DNA from: Octopus sinensis
Taxonomy: Eukaryota
DNA length: 64,000 nucleotides
Reading direction: 5' to 3'
Assembly: GCF_006345805.1 (NCBI RefSeq)
Contig: NC_043012.1
Coordinates: forward strand, 29,698,001-29,762,000
Position 1 is the stretch's first letter. Each line of letters starts with the position of its first letter. Shown piece by piece: positions 1 through 12,262 of the stretch. Position numbers and translations under genes: made by a program. The notes beneath the pieces were generated by a model that saw only the letters and a list, made by a program, of their open reading frames with translations, was not told where the DNA came from and did not search any database.

Positions 1-360
1 AAAATAACACACACTTTATCGTGGCGGCACTTGTATTCCTTTTGTGCAAGGCTCTCACATCCAATTACCAACTGTGTCACATTTTCCACACTCTTTCCAC
101 AGAGTCTGCATTTCTGAGTGTCAGAGGTTTTGTAAATGTTATACTTCACTGAATTGGTAGCGAGTGCTTGGTCTTGTGCAGCAATAATCAGGCTTTCGGT
201 GGTGCGCTTCAAATCACTTCACTCAAGCCATGCCCACGATGCTGTATTGTCCTTAACGACCTGTGTATTTCTTTCAAATTGTTCATGCATTCTCATTTCA
301 AGAAAATCTTTTTTTCTCATTATTATTATTATCATCATCATCATTATTATCATTAGAAGT

Positions 361-875
361 CGACTTTGCCTTTCATCCTTTCTGGGTCAGCCAATTAAGT
401 ACCATTTGAGTGCTTGGGTCAATGTGATCGACTGTGCCCCTCCCCACAAAATCCAGGCTTTGTACCTATAGTAGAAAGGATTGTTATTATTATTATTAAG
501 GCAGCAAGCTGGCAGAATCGTTAGCATGCTGGGAGGTATGCTTAGCAGTATTTCACCTGTCTTTACATTCTGGGTTCAAATTCCATCAAGGTCAACTTTA
601 CCTTTCATCCTTTTGGGGTTGATGAAATAAGTACCAGTTGTGTACTGGGGTCAATGTAATTGACTGCCCCCTCCCCAAAAATTTCAGGCCTTGTGTCTAT
701 AGTAGAAAGGATTATTCTTATTATTATTATTATTATCATCATCATCATCATCATCATCAAAGTAGAATTGTTGGGCAAAATGCTGAACGACCTTTCTTCT
801 GGCTCTCTACGTTCTGAGTTCAAATGCTGCTGAGGTCAGTTTTGCCTTTCTTTCTTTTGGGAGTCAATAAAAAGA
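361..875 (+). mobile_element. Three head-to-tail tRNA-derived SINEs, family A ((ATT)n tail)
   Basis: Full copy 498-735: A-box-like gctggcagaatcgttagc, B-box-like gggttcaaattcc, central actttgcctttcatcctttt..ggtcgat.aaataagtaccag block (reminiscent of the Meta SINE domain; from memory) and tagaaaggattatt tail. Confidence 0.85.
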
Positions 876-1235
876 TGTTGGATTGCTGAAAGGGTTGCAA
901 GGAGATGCCTTCCAGTATCAATTCCATCTCTTTGTATTCTGGCAAATGTCTACGGTGACACTGGTGCCAAGTTGCAGCATTGGCCCAAATCAGCAGCTTT
1001 CCGCTTGGATAAATATCAATGGCTTGAGCATGGGCCGGGAAGATGACCAGGCATGGACAGCTCCCCAGTCCTGCTTGAAATATCTTGCTCAAGCCTGTAC
1101 ATACCTGTACAGGTGTATGGTCAACCATCAAGAAATGGAGCCTCCTCCTCCTCACACATCAACCAAAAGGTGGCTGCCATGAATTAAACTATCGTCATCA
1201 TCTTTTAAGAAGCTTGGTCCTAAACCACATGTCTT

Positions 1236-1691
1236 TCCTGGGTTAAAAGGGTAGCTGCTGGAAGACCCTATGTCTGGCAACAGAACTCTGCACCATACCA
1301 CACAAGCAGGAGAACCCAGTCGTGGCTGTCAGACAATTTCTGCGACCACACCACCCCTAACATGTGGCCACCCAACTCCCCAGACTGCAACCTCCTTGAT
1401 TATTATGTGTGGGGCACAGTTGAGCAAGCCACCGACAAAACTCCTTGTAACATCAAAGATGAACTGAAGGCAAAGATTATGGCAGCATTGACCAATTTAA
1501 AGAAGGAGACCATCCAGAAGAGTTGCAGGAGATTCTGAAATCATCTGGAGGTCGTGGTTATCAAATAAATTTCCTCTTTAGTATTTCAAGATATTTTTAT
1601 GTAATTTTGGTAAATATATCTGTTAAAATGAGATGTCAGTGTTATTTTCATTTTTGAGTAATTTAGATGACAATTTGTTCACCGCACCCTG
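1236..1691 (+). mobile_element. Tc1/mariner DD37D (maT-type) transposase C-terminal relic with right TIR
   Basis: Frame from ~1236 reads WVKRVAAGRPYVWQQNSAPYHTSRRTQSWLSDNFCDHTTPNMWPPNSPDCNLLDYYVWG...RRF*. There are 37 residues between the second catalytic position (here N instead of D) and the third D. Ends ...caccgcaccctg (reverse complement of a CAGGGTGCG terminus). Confidence 0.85.
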
Positions 1692-4547
1692 TGTATATAA
1701 CGGGCATGGTTCTTCGTTATTTTTTAATGTAATTCTGTAATTACAAAATCCAAACAAAAAAAATATATAATATAAACCTTAATTAGAAAAAGTGTTAAAC
1801 ATGACGCACAGACAGATTATTATAGATGCTCAGTAGTTGTAATATAAGATTCCAAGGTTATATTATACAGCCTGTAACTTGTAAGTTCTATACACTCTCT
1901 CTCAGTTGGTGGTGTAATTATGGAATAGAAATGACTAGTTAACAAGATTTCCAAAACTACAGACTTGTGGTGTGTGTGTGTGTGTATGCGTGTGGGTGTG
2001 TACATGTGTATGTTGCTGTGCATGGATAGACAGACAGACGGACGGTTGCATGTGGTCTTGGTGGGAGTGTGTGGTAAGAAGTTTGCTTCCCAAGCATATG
2101 GTTTTCAGCTGTCCTACATGTGCGGCCATCTTGGTTAAGTGCACCAACCAAGGCCATGGGAGTGGATTTGGTAGATGGAAACTGAAAGAAGCCCATTGTA
2201 ACATAACTTTGTTTTATCTTTTATTTGTTTCAGTCATTAGACTGTGGCCATGCTGGAACACTGCCTTGAAGAATTTTTAGTCAAACAAATCAACTGCATT
2301 ACCGATTCCTTTTAAAGCCTGGTATCTTTTTCTATCACTACTAAGTGACAAGGATGTAAACACACCAACACCAGTTGTCAAATGGTAGTCGGACACACGG
2401 ACACACACATGCACGCATTTACATATATATGTATGACAGGCTTGTTTTCAGTTTTCCTCTACTTAAAAGGCTTTGGTCTGCCCAAGGTGCCACACAATGG
2501 AACTGAATCTGTGTGTTTGTGCGGGTGTGTGTGTGTGTTACCTTGTTTTGACATCACATGGTAGCTAACACTGAGTGCCAATGTCATTCATTTCCAATAT
2601 TCTGCAGAAATATCCTAGATTCCAGAGGAAAATATTCCCTTGCTTGGAAACAGCTGAAGGGCATTCAGCCACAGAAAATCTGCCTCAATAAACTCATAAT
2701 GCATCTAGGAGGACCCTATTTATTCGTGTCCATTTTACTTTCTTTTTTATGAGAGATTTGGTTGACATTTCTAGCAAGTCCAGTCACATCTCTTCACTCC
2801 ATGACGTAGATTGAAGGCTTGTTGTTTGTTTAGTCATAGGTCTTGCATAGACTTCGTGATCAAAGGCACTCCAACCATGGCCATCTCATCTTTTTACAGA
2901 AGTATTAACAGACTACATTGACTGTTTTTTTCTCCACGACAGAAGAGTGTTATTTGAAGGAGATTTGACTGTTGTTTCTAGTAGATTGACTGACAATTTA
3001 TAGGTTTCCCTGTCAGTGGTGGTTTGTGGGGTGGGAGTGGAAGCCATGGTGGTGGTGGACAGTAAGAAATGCTATAACAAGGGTGGTCACCCATAAAGTA
3101 TCTTGCTGTAAAGAGCTATACAGGGTGGAAGGGTAGATTAAGGGTACAACATAAAGGAAGACCCCTGGTTGCACTTTTCACAACTCCCTTGTTTGATACC
3201 CTTCTACACCTCCTCCCTTACCTGTCTACTCACCTACCCCCTCACCCTCCTACCCACGGACATACCTATGTGCTTTTCTCTCCTCTCTTTCTCCCAATGT
3301 CCTTATCTATAGTCGGCTGTTATAGAGGTGTTGGTGGTGGTGGTCATGTTAATCTGCACCACCCACTCTCTCTCTGGTGATGAAGGCGGGGGGGGTGAAT
3401 AAAAGGGACAGTGATGAGGTGGTGGTGGTCATAGTGTCACTGGATACTGGTTGGCTGTGTGTGTGTATGTGTATAAGTGGTATAAAAGTTGTGTTCAGGG
3501 GTGAAGGACAGCTATAACCACCCTCTCACCTATTATCTCCCCCCACACACTCCCCCCCCCCTGCGGCAGCAGCTACAACAACAGCAACAACCATCTCACC
3601 CAGTTGTAAAAAAATATCTTCTTGCATTTACCTCCTTCTGTACACTGTAAAATTTGTATATACACACATGGATATGTACACACACACACACACATATGTA
3701 TATCTTCACACACACACACACACACAGAACCATATAAAGTGTCAAACCAGGAAGCTGTTGAATACAAAGAGGTGACAGAGTACATTTGATGTTTTGTCTA
3801 TGTCTGACACACACACACACACACACACACACGTATACACACAGAAGCATACAGACAACTACACAACAAACATGTGTATATACACACACAGTCATCTAAA
3901 CAAACATGCATATGCACACACATCCTGACAGCTACACTCATAAACACATGCATCCTGACAACTACACATATATATGTATATGTTTATACACACACACAGT
4001 AGCATCTACAACTACCAAGATAACACACTGACATCCACACACACACACACACAGTCGCCACCATATTTGAAGGGAATTATTCAACCTTAACAAGGGCCAA
4101 TTAAAGCATTATACCTTACAGGGGTACGTTCAGCCAATCTGCCTTACAGGGCTCTAGTGTATCTTTCATCTTTCTTTTCCTTGCTTCAGTCATTAGACTG
4201 TGGCCATGCTGGGGCACCTGCCTTGAAGAATTTTAGTCAAACAAATCAATCCCCGTACTTTTTTCTTAAACTTGGTACTTATTCTATTGGTCTGTTTTGC
4301 TGAACTGCTAAGTTAGAGGGACATAAACACGCCAACACTGGTTGCCAAGTGGAAGTGGAGGACAAATATTAACACACACACACACAACAGGGGGAAAACA
4401 GCAATTAGACATACACAGTGAATGTATTAGATTAATGCTCAGTGAAAGTTTTAGGTGAGAAAATAGGAGTGGAAAAGATGTTTTGAGCATTGGCTCTTCG
4501 TCAGAAAGAAAGAAAAGTCCAGAGAAAAGAGAAAGGAGCATACTTAT

Positions 4548-4716
4548 GTTTCATCATTGTGGTTGCTTTGGAACTCTGCACTGGATATTCCAAGTGCAAC
4601 AATGGAGCATCTCTGTAATGCAATGAAATATTAGCTTGATGTTTCATTGGGATTAAGCATCCAAATTACTCTTGCAACATCCAATATAGAGTTCCAGACA
4701 ACCACAATGGTGAAAC
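4548..4716. repeat. Imperfect ~170-bp palindrome (probable MITE)
   Basis: gtttcatcattgtggttg...tggaactct...tggat pairs with atcca...agagttcca...caaccacaatggtgaaac; inner arms caatgaaata / tgtttcattg. Confidence 0.7.
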
Positions 4717-6379
4717 TTGTGTTGGAAGAAATGGTTTAAGCTTGTGTTTCATCATAATTTCTCCTACATTTCCCTCTTATGTCAGAACTAGTAATACTAC
4801 TAATTATAGTGGTAACCAAATCACCCTGGTGGAAGCAGACTGGATGCTGATAATGTACATAGTAAAGCTCTTAACTTGACCGTAGAAGTCATTCATCTAA
4901 CTGCCCCTGCCTGTGACTCTATCTTTCTGCAGCCAGATCTTCCCACATCTGGGTGCTGTGATTGAATGTGTTAAATATACGGCTTTACGTAAATATATTT
5001 TATTCAATGCTGCTTTGTGTAACTTTCTTTGATTCTAGCTTCACTAAGCTTGATTCACATCAACAAACATTACCATTTGCTGTTGTAATATAAGAACAAA
5101 TTCATTCTTATTGGGCTGTGACTGATGGTTTGCTGTTTGTCGCTGACGATAGGAAACAACACAGAAACGCATGCATTCTATAATCCTATGACACTGATGT
5201 GCATTTTCACACGTGTCATTTGGGAAAATTTCCTCTCAGCACCACTTCCGCTGAAGAAGGTCTTCCCACATCTGAGTGTGCTCAACTGTGTCAAATACAA
5301 CTTAACACACACACACACACATTCATCTATACACCTTAAAGAGTGGGAGGAAACGTGCTGTAATAACACATTGAAAGAAACCTCAACTTGGAATGTGTGC
5401 GTGTATGCGTGCACTTGTGTGAGTTAAATGGCCCTGTAGCCATGACATAATGTCGTGCCAACCAAACATTCCATTGAAGGAAGCTGCTTTTTTGTTTAAT
5501 AATAAATTCCATCAGATTTGGTGATGGCATTTTATGTGTGTGAGTGCATGTATGCGTGTGTGTGTTTATCTTTCTCTCTCTCTCTCTCTCTCTCACTATA
5601 TTATATATATATATATATACTACTAATAATAATGATATAGGATGAAGTTTTTTTACAGAAAAAAATTCCATCAAAAAATGTGGCAGCATATTAAAATACC
5701 TTTAAGGTTAAAATTATAAACAACTTATAAATAAGGGCTAAAGAAAATTATTTCTATGCCAATATGCTGATAACAGACTTTTAAATCGTCAATTTCCACA
5801 TATTATTTACTCGCTACAGAAAACACGTACAGCTGAAATCGAGGAAAACTAGCCAACAGAATTTTAAAAAAAAAGTTCATTATTTCTATATTGAATCAAT
5901 TTCAGAATTAATTTCATAATAGATTTTTACCTTTTATATAAGTTATATATATATGTGTGTGTGTGTGAGTATATATATATAGCAAGTGTGTGTCCATCCC
6001 CATCTCCCTGCAATAATTATTCACCAAAACTCAGTGGAAATGCATTTTATTTTTATTTCTTTAAAAGAAAAAGGTTCCCTCTTTGGAAAATGTTTGGTTG
6101 TAGCAAATGTAATTGGTTATATATAGAGAGATTCAACTGTAATGTGTGTGTATGAGAGAGAGAGAGAGTATTTATCAAGTATATTTATACTTTTATGTAT
6201 GAAGGGGTTTCTTGTCTGAAAGCAAGACACACGATTCATGTCTCAGATATATAAATGAATACAAATAACAAATATGTTAACATAAATCTGTTAATTCCTT
6301 TGAGAGACAACTGGAAAGAGGTTATATGGACCCTAGTTCATTTATAAGAGCTTGATTTTTAAAATTGCATGCTTTGGCT

Positions 6380-7080
6380 TGTGTACAAGGGTTCACCCTG
6401 TTATATGACAAGACTTCTCACCAACCGGTTCCACTCTCTTCTCATCTCTTTGATTGATATCTTCCTATTTCATCACTCAGTTGCAGTATGTTATTCCCCA
6501 CTCTCAATCAACTCTGGTGTTCCCTCAGGCTTCAGTTCTGTTCCTCCCTTTCTCACTTCCTTTTATACATCAATCGCCTTCTTGCCGCCACCGCACTCAG
6601 TAATGCCTGTTCTTATGCAGACAACACGATCCTTCACTCTTTCCCAAACTTTCCCGAACCATACAACACCATACAATATCTACACACAACCTAGACACCA
6701 TATACCAACACTTCCGTGATTCCATAAATGGAAACTTTGGGACCATCCTCCAGGGAAGCCATGCCAAACCTTTCTCTTTTGGCAGTAAAAAAACATCTCA
6801 AGTTGCACTCATATGAAGAAAATACCCCCACCACCACACCTTCCAGAAAACATGAGTGGCATTCAGCTTGAGCCATGACAGTTACTCCCAAATGCTGCGT
6901 CTTACTATCATTGCAGATCTCTTCTGGTGAAACCACATCCTTAGCGTATCTAGGAGCAAATGTTGGGTCTTACTGTCACTGAGGATCTCTTCTGGTGAAA
7001 CCACATCCTTAGCGTATCTAGGATCACATCTCAAAGATTAGCGAGAAAATATTCCAGCCCCTAATAGCTGCTGGGACACT
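6380..7080 (+). mobile_element. Decayed CR1/L2-group LINE RT fragment with internal ~68-bp tandem duplication
   Basis: SPLSINSGVP.. and CSYADNTILH (YADD-like) peptides; gatctcttctggtgaaaccacatccttagcgtatctagga occurs twice (~6916, ~6984). Confidence 0.7.
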
Positions 7081-7313
7081 ATTGCTGCTGCTGTTGTTGC
7101 AAGCATTTACACCTTTGATTGCATTTTTGGGTAGAACCACCTTGTTTGGCATTGAAACCCTTTATTTAATATAAATCAATGTCTTTAGGGTAAACAGATT
7201 TTGTTTAATAAATAAACATGTTTTGTGTAGAAGTTTATTACTAAGGGTTACAAAAATGTTTTTAGAGGAGAAACAACTTTTCTCAGTTAACTTTGGTTCC
7301 AGGTCATATTTAA

Positions 7314-7520
7314 CCCTTTTGTTACCAACCCGGGTGAAACCACCTCTGGCTCTATGTACAAATGTCTTATTTTCATAAGGTTTCAATTAAAATCTTCCAC
7401 CAAACCTTAGTCACAATTTATGTTCCTAACACTAGCTTAATGATAACTAAGTTATTTTACTAAATTCTTTGTTGTATTTAAAATTGATTGAAAGAAACAC
7501 AAAATAGAGTAACAAAAGGG
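7314..7520. mobile_element. TTAA-flanked piggyBac-like MITE
   Basis: TTAA|cccttttgttac ... gtaacaaaaggg|TTAA, perfect 12-bp TIR. The right end plus flank is tandemly duplicated at ~7548-7635. A related copy lies at ~20933-21126. Confidence 0.8.
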
Positions 7521-7799
7521 TTAACATTTGTACACAACAATTCAAGATTTAAAATTAATTGAAAGAAACACACAGCGTCTCAACAAAAATATGGTAACGA
7601 AAGGGTTAACATCTGTACACAACAATTCAAGATTGACCTGCTAGAAATAAATGCTAAATGTCGCTCAACTCGCATTTAAAAAAAATGTTGTGATGGTCAC
7701 AGCTGGAATGTCTTTCATCATAGAACTACCCAATCAAGGCTGGTGTAGGGTTAAACAACAATTCAAGAATTAAAAAAAAACATCAGATGCAGGGGGGGG

Positions 7800-7838
<39 letters not shown>

Positions 7839-8257
7839 CATGGCTATGTGGTTAAGAAGTTTGCTTTGCAAGCACATGATTCCAGGTTCAGTCCCACTGC
7901 ATGGCACCTTAAGATGGAGTCTGTCGCATGTGTGTCTGTGTGTGTGTTCCCTCCGCTGCCCACTGCTTCACAACCAGTGCTGGTTTGTTTACATTCCTGC
8001 AACTTAGTAGTTTGGCAAATGATGCCAATAGAATAAGAGTCAGGTTGACCAAAACCCTTCAAGGTAATGCCCCAGCATGGCCACAAGCCAATAACTGAAA
8101 CAAGTAAAAGATAAAGCATATCAATAGGAATTGAAACCTATTTTGGGAATGGTGGGGTGCTGCTGTAAGGTTTGGGCTGATGACGTCACTCGTTATTGCT
8201 AACCATTTTAACCTTGATATAAAAACAGAACACTTGTTTGTCCACCAAGCAGACTGA

Positions 8258-8357
8258 NNNNNNNNNNNNNNNNNNNNNNNNNNNNNNNNNNNNNNNNNNN
8301 NNNNNNNNNNNNNNNNNNNNNNNNNNNNNNNNNNNNNNNNNNNNNNNNNNNNNNNNN
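8258..8357. other. Assembly gap (100 N)
   Basis: Exactly 100 N, the usual placeholder for a gap of unknown size. Confidence 0.99.
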
Positions 8358-9660
8358 TGAAGACCTGTTGAGGCAAGTGTGTGACACTTGTGTAGACCTG
8401 GTTGAGGCAAGTGAAAATCAAATCAAATCAAATCAAGACCTGTTGAGGCAAGTGAAAATCAAATCAAATCAAATCAACCAAATCAAAATAGATGAACATC
8501 ATGGAATTTGTATCTTGTGGTACCAGTACCGTTGGCACACAAGAAAACCATCCGAACGTGGCCGTAGCCAGTACCGCATCGACTGGCCTCTGTGACGTGG
8601 GCACATAACAAACACCATCCGATCGTGGCCGTTCGCCAGCCTCATCTGGCACCTGTGTCGGTGGCACATAAAAACACCAACCGAAGACCCGGCAAGACTA
8701 GTCAGGCCATAACCCGTGGCCCCTACTTGGGACGTAGTCAGTCCCCTGTGCATACCTTCCTTCCTTCCTGTGACACTTGTGAAGACCTGTGAAGACCTGT
8801 TGAGGCAAGTGAAAATCAAAAATCAAATCAAATCAAATCAAAATAGATGAACATCAATGGAATTTGTATCTTTGTGGTACCAGTGCCGGTGACACACAAG
8901 AAAACCATCCGAACGTGGCCGTAGCCAGTACCGCATCGACTGGCCTCCGTGCTGTGGGCACGTAACAAACACCATCCGATCGTGGCCGTTCGCCAGCCTC
9001 ATCTGGCACCTGTGTCGGTGGCACATAAAAACACCATCCGAAGACCCGGCAAGACTAGTCAGGCCATAACCCGTGGTCCCTACCTGGGACGTAGTCAGTC
9101 CACCTTGCATACCTTCCTTCCTTGTGACACTTGTGAAGACCTGTGAGGCAAGTGAAAATCAAATCAAAACAAATCAAAATAGATGAACATCAATGGAATT
9201 TGTATCTTTGTGGGTACAGTGCCGGTTGGCACACAAGAAAATCATCCAAACGTGGGCGTAGCCAGTACCGCATAGACTGGCCTCCGTGCTTTGGGGACGT
9301 AACAAACACCACCAATCGTGGCCGTCCGCCAGCCTCATCTGGCACCTGTGTCGGTGGCACATAAAAACACCATCCGAGCGTGGCCGTCTGCCAGCCTCGT
9401 CTGGCACCTGTGTCGGTGGCACATAAAAAACCATCCGAGTGTGGCCGTTCGCCAGCCTCGTCTGGCACCTGTGTCGGTGGCAATTAAAATCACCCACTAC
9501 ACTCTCGGAGTGGTTGGCGTTAGGAAGGGCATCCAGCTGTAGGAACACTGCCAGATCTGACTGGCCTGGTGCAGCCTTCGGGCTCCCCAGACCCCAGTTG
9601 AACCGTCAACCCATGCTAGCATGGAAAACGGACGCTAAATGATGATGATGATGATGATGA
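8358..9660 (+). mobile_element. Tandemly amplified RTE 3' UTR units (~350 bp, about 3 copies) ending in an RTE tail and (GAT)n
   Basis: gaagacctgttgaggcaagtgaaaatc(aaatc)n aaaatagatgaacatc recurs at ~8436, ~8791 and ~9135; terminal cactacactctcggagtggttggcgttaggaagggcatccagc...catggaaaacggacgctaaatgatgatgat. Confidence 0.8.
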
Positions 9661-10218
9661 ATATAATATACATATATATTATATGTATATATATATGTAT
9701 ATATATATGTAATATATATGTATAATATATATGTATATCTATATGTATATTGTATATATATGTATATATGTATATATATATGTATATATGTATTATATAT
9801 GTATATATGTATATATATATGTATATATGTATATATATATGTATTATATATGTGTATATATATGTATATATATATGTATATAATATATGTGTATATATAT
9901 ATGTGTATATATAGGTGTTATATATATATGTGTATATATATATAGTATATATATATATGTATAATGTATATATATATATATGTAAATATATATATGTATA
10001 TATATATATGTATATATATATGTACATATATATATGTACATATATGTATATATATATGTACATAATATATGTACATATAGTATATATATATATGTATTAT
10101 ATATATGTATATATATATGTATATATATATATATATAATATATATATGTATGTATATATATATATATATATATATAATGTATGTATATATATATATATAT
10201 GTATAATATATATGTATG

Positions 10219-10249
<31 letters not shown>

Positions 10250-10327
10250 GTATGTATATATTATATATATATGTATATATATATGTATGTATATTATATA
10301 TATATATATGTATATATATATGTATGG

Positions 10328-10359
<32 letters not shown>

Positions 10360-10455
10360 GTATGTATATATATATATATATATATGATATATATATGTAT
10401 GTAATAATATAATATATATGTATATATATATGTTGTATATATATATATATATATA

Positions 10456-10494
<39 letters not shown>

Positions 10495-10500
10495 ATATGA
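9661..10500. repeat. Degenerate (TA)n/(TATG)n microsatellite, ~840 bp
   Basis: Directly visible; source of the YI-repeat ORFs. A (CT)n tract follows at ~10655-10732. Confidence 0.97.
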
Positions 10501-10657
10501 TTTGTGTGTCCAATCTATTTCCTTTCCATCTGTCTACTTATCTATTAACTCTATATCTATCTGTCAGTTATTTTATCAATCTTTCCATCTTGCCACCTTC
10601 ACATTTACTACCAATCTATCTAACTGTCTATCTAAAAGTTAGACAGTTAATCTTCTC

Positions 10658-10731
<74 letters not shown>

Positions 10732-11233
10732 CTCCATCTATCTATCTATATCTATCTAAGTAGCCATCTCTTGCCTTCTATCTCTGAAACCATCTATCTA
10801 CTGCTCCATCTGCCCCACCCCTTCTATCTACTCTCCCACCCACCTTTTCTGGAGGGGCCTCAGATACCCAACACCACCAGGCCCTATGTTATTAAACAGT
10901 CATTCTATACTATCCTACCGATGTTATTAAGAAACTGGACATTTAATCTCACTGCAAACCTCCATCATCACCATCACTAACACCACCACCTCCCATTGAT
11001 GTTGTTACAAGAGTGATGGTGGCGATCGATGGAGGGTGGGGTGGTGGTGGTGGTGTGGCGGCGGCGATGGTGGTGGTGATTCAATCTCTCACCAGCTAAC
11101 GTTACAAGAGAAAGTGACATTCTGCCTCTATAACAACCAGGGTGGACGGTGAGGGGTGGGGGAGAATGTTGGGATGTTTTGGTACAACCCAACCCACCAC
11201 ACTGATTATATAAATGTTGTGTGTGTTTGTATT

Positions 11234-11273
<40 letters not shown>

Positions 11274-12262
11274 AATAAACAAATGAGGTGAGAGAGTGGC
11301 CATTTAGTGTTTCAATTTCCTATTATTCAATACATATATATAGATAGATAGATAGATAGGTAGACAGACAGGAGAGAGTGACTAGAAGAGAGTAATGGGA
11401 CAGGAGAGAGAGAGAGAAACCTTATATATGTGAGTTTGATATTTACAGCAGAGGAATGGGAAGAGGTAGAAAAAAAAGTGAAGGAGTCAGAGAAAAGAGG
11501 TGGATATAGTCATGTGATATCCTGGCTTGATAATCCATGTGAGTGAGATGGGATGGGGGTGTGTGAGGAGTGGGTAGGGTATTTGTCAGCCATCCTATCT
11601 CCACTCTGTTAGATTCAATATCGGAGAATTTGAAACCTGCAGATCACTTACCACACGTATATACTGTTTAGATATGTGTGTGTGTATACAAACACACTCA
11701 CATGATTATATATGTACATGTACAAGTATGCATGTATGTATATATATATATGTGTGTGTTGTGTATGTACACACATGTACACACACACACACTCACACAC
11801 ACACACACACACACACATATGGTTATGGATTAAATATCTGCCTTCCTATGTGTATTTGTGCATAAGCATATATATGTGTGTGTGTGTGTCATATTATATA
11901 TATATATATATATGTATAAATATGTATAAAACTACACATGTATGTATGTATTCATACATGCATATGTATATATAAATATGCTTATACACACACAGGCTGG
12001 CAGATATTTAATCCATAACCATGAGTCCAACAAAATGCATTGTGTTTGGCTAGAGGACATGCATGCATGCATACATACTTTCCTACACACACACACACAC
12101 ACACGTATGTATGTGTATATTTATGCCTATATATTTTATACTGGTTGAGTCATTGGACTGCAGTCATACTGGGTTTCCACCTTCTCTTGTATACCTATAT
12201 GCATATATATATGTATGCCTCTGTGTGTGTATATATGTGTGTGTGTTTGTGTGTATACCTTA

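Noticed and set aside
498-600. tRNA-like A and B boxes (many similar sites)
   Set aside because: SINE heads followed by SINE bodies; no intact cloverleaf could be built.
9635-10763. Many YI/IY-rich ORFs (also the VC/TH-rich ORFs elsewhere)
   Set aside because: Stop-free frames of (TA)n, (TG)n and (CA)n microsatellites.
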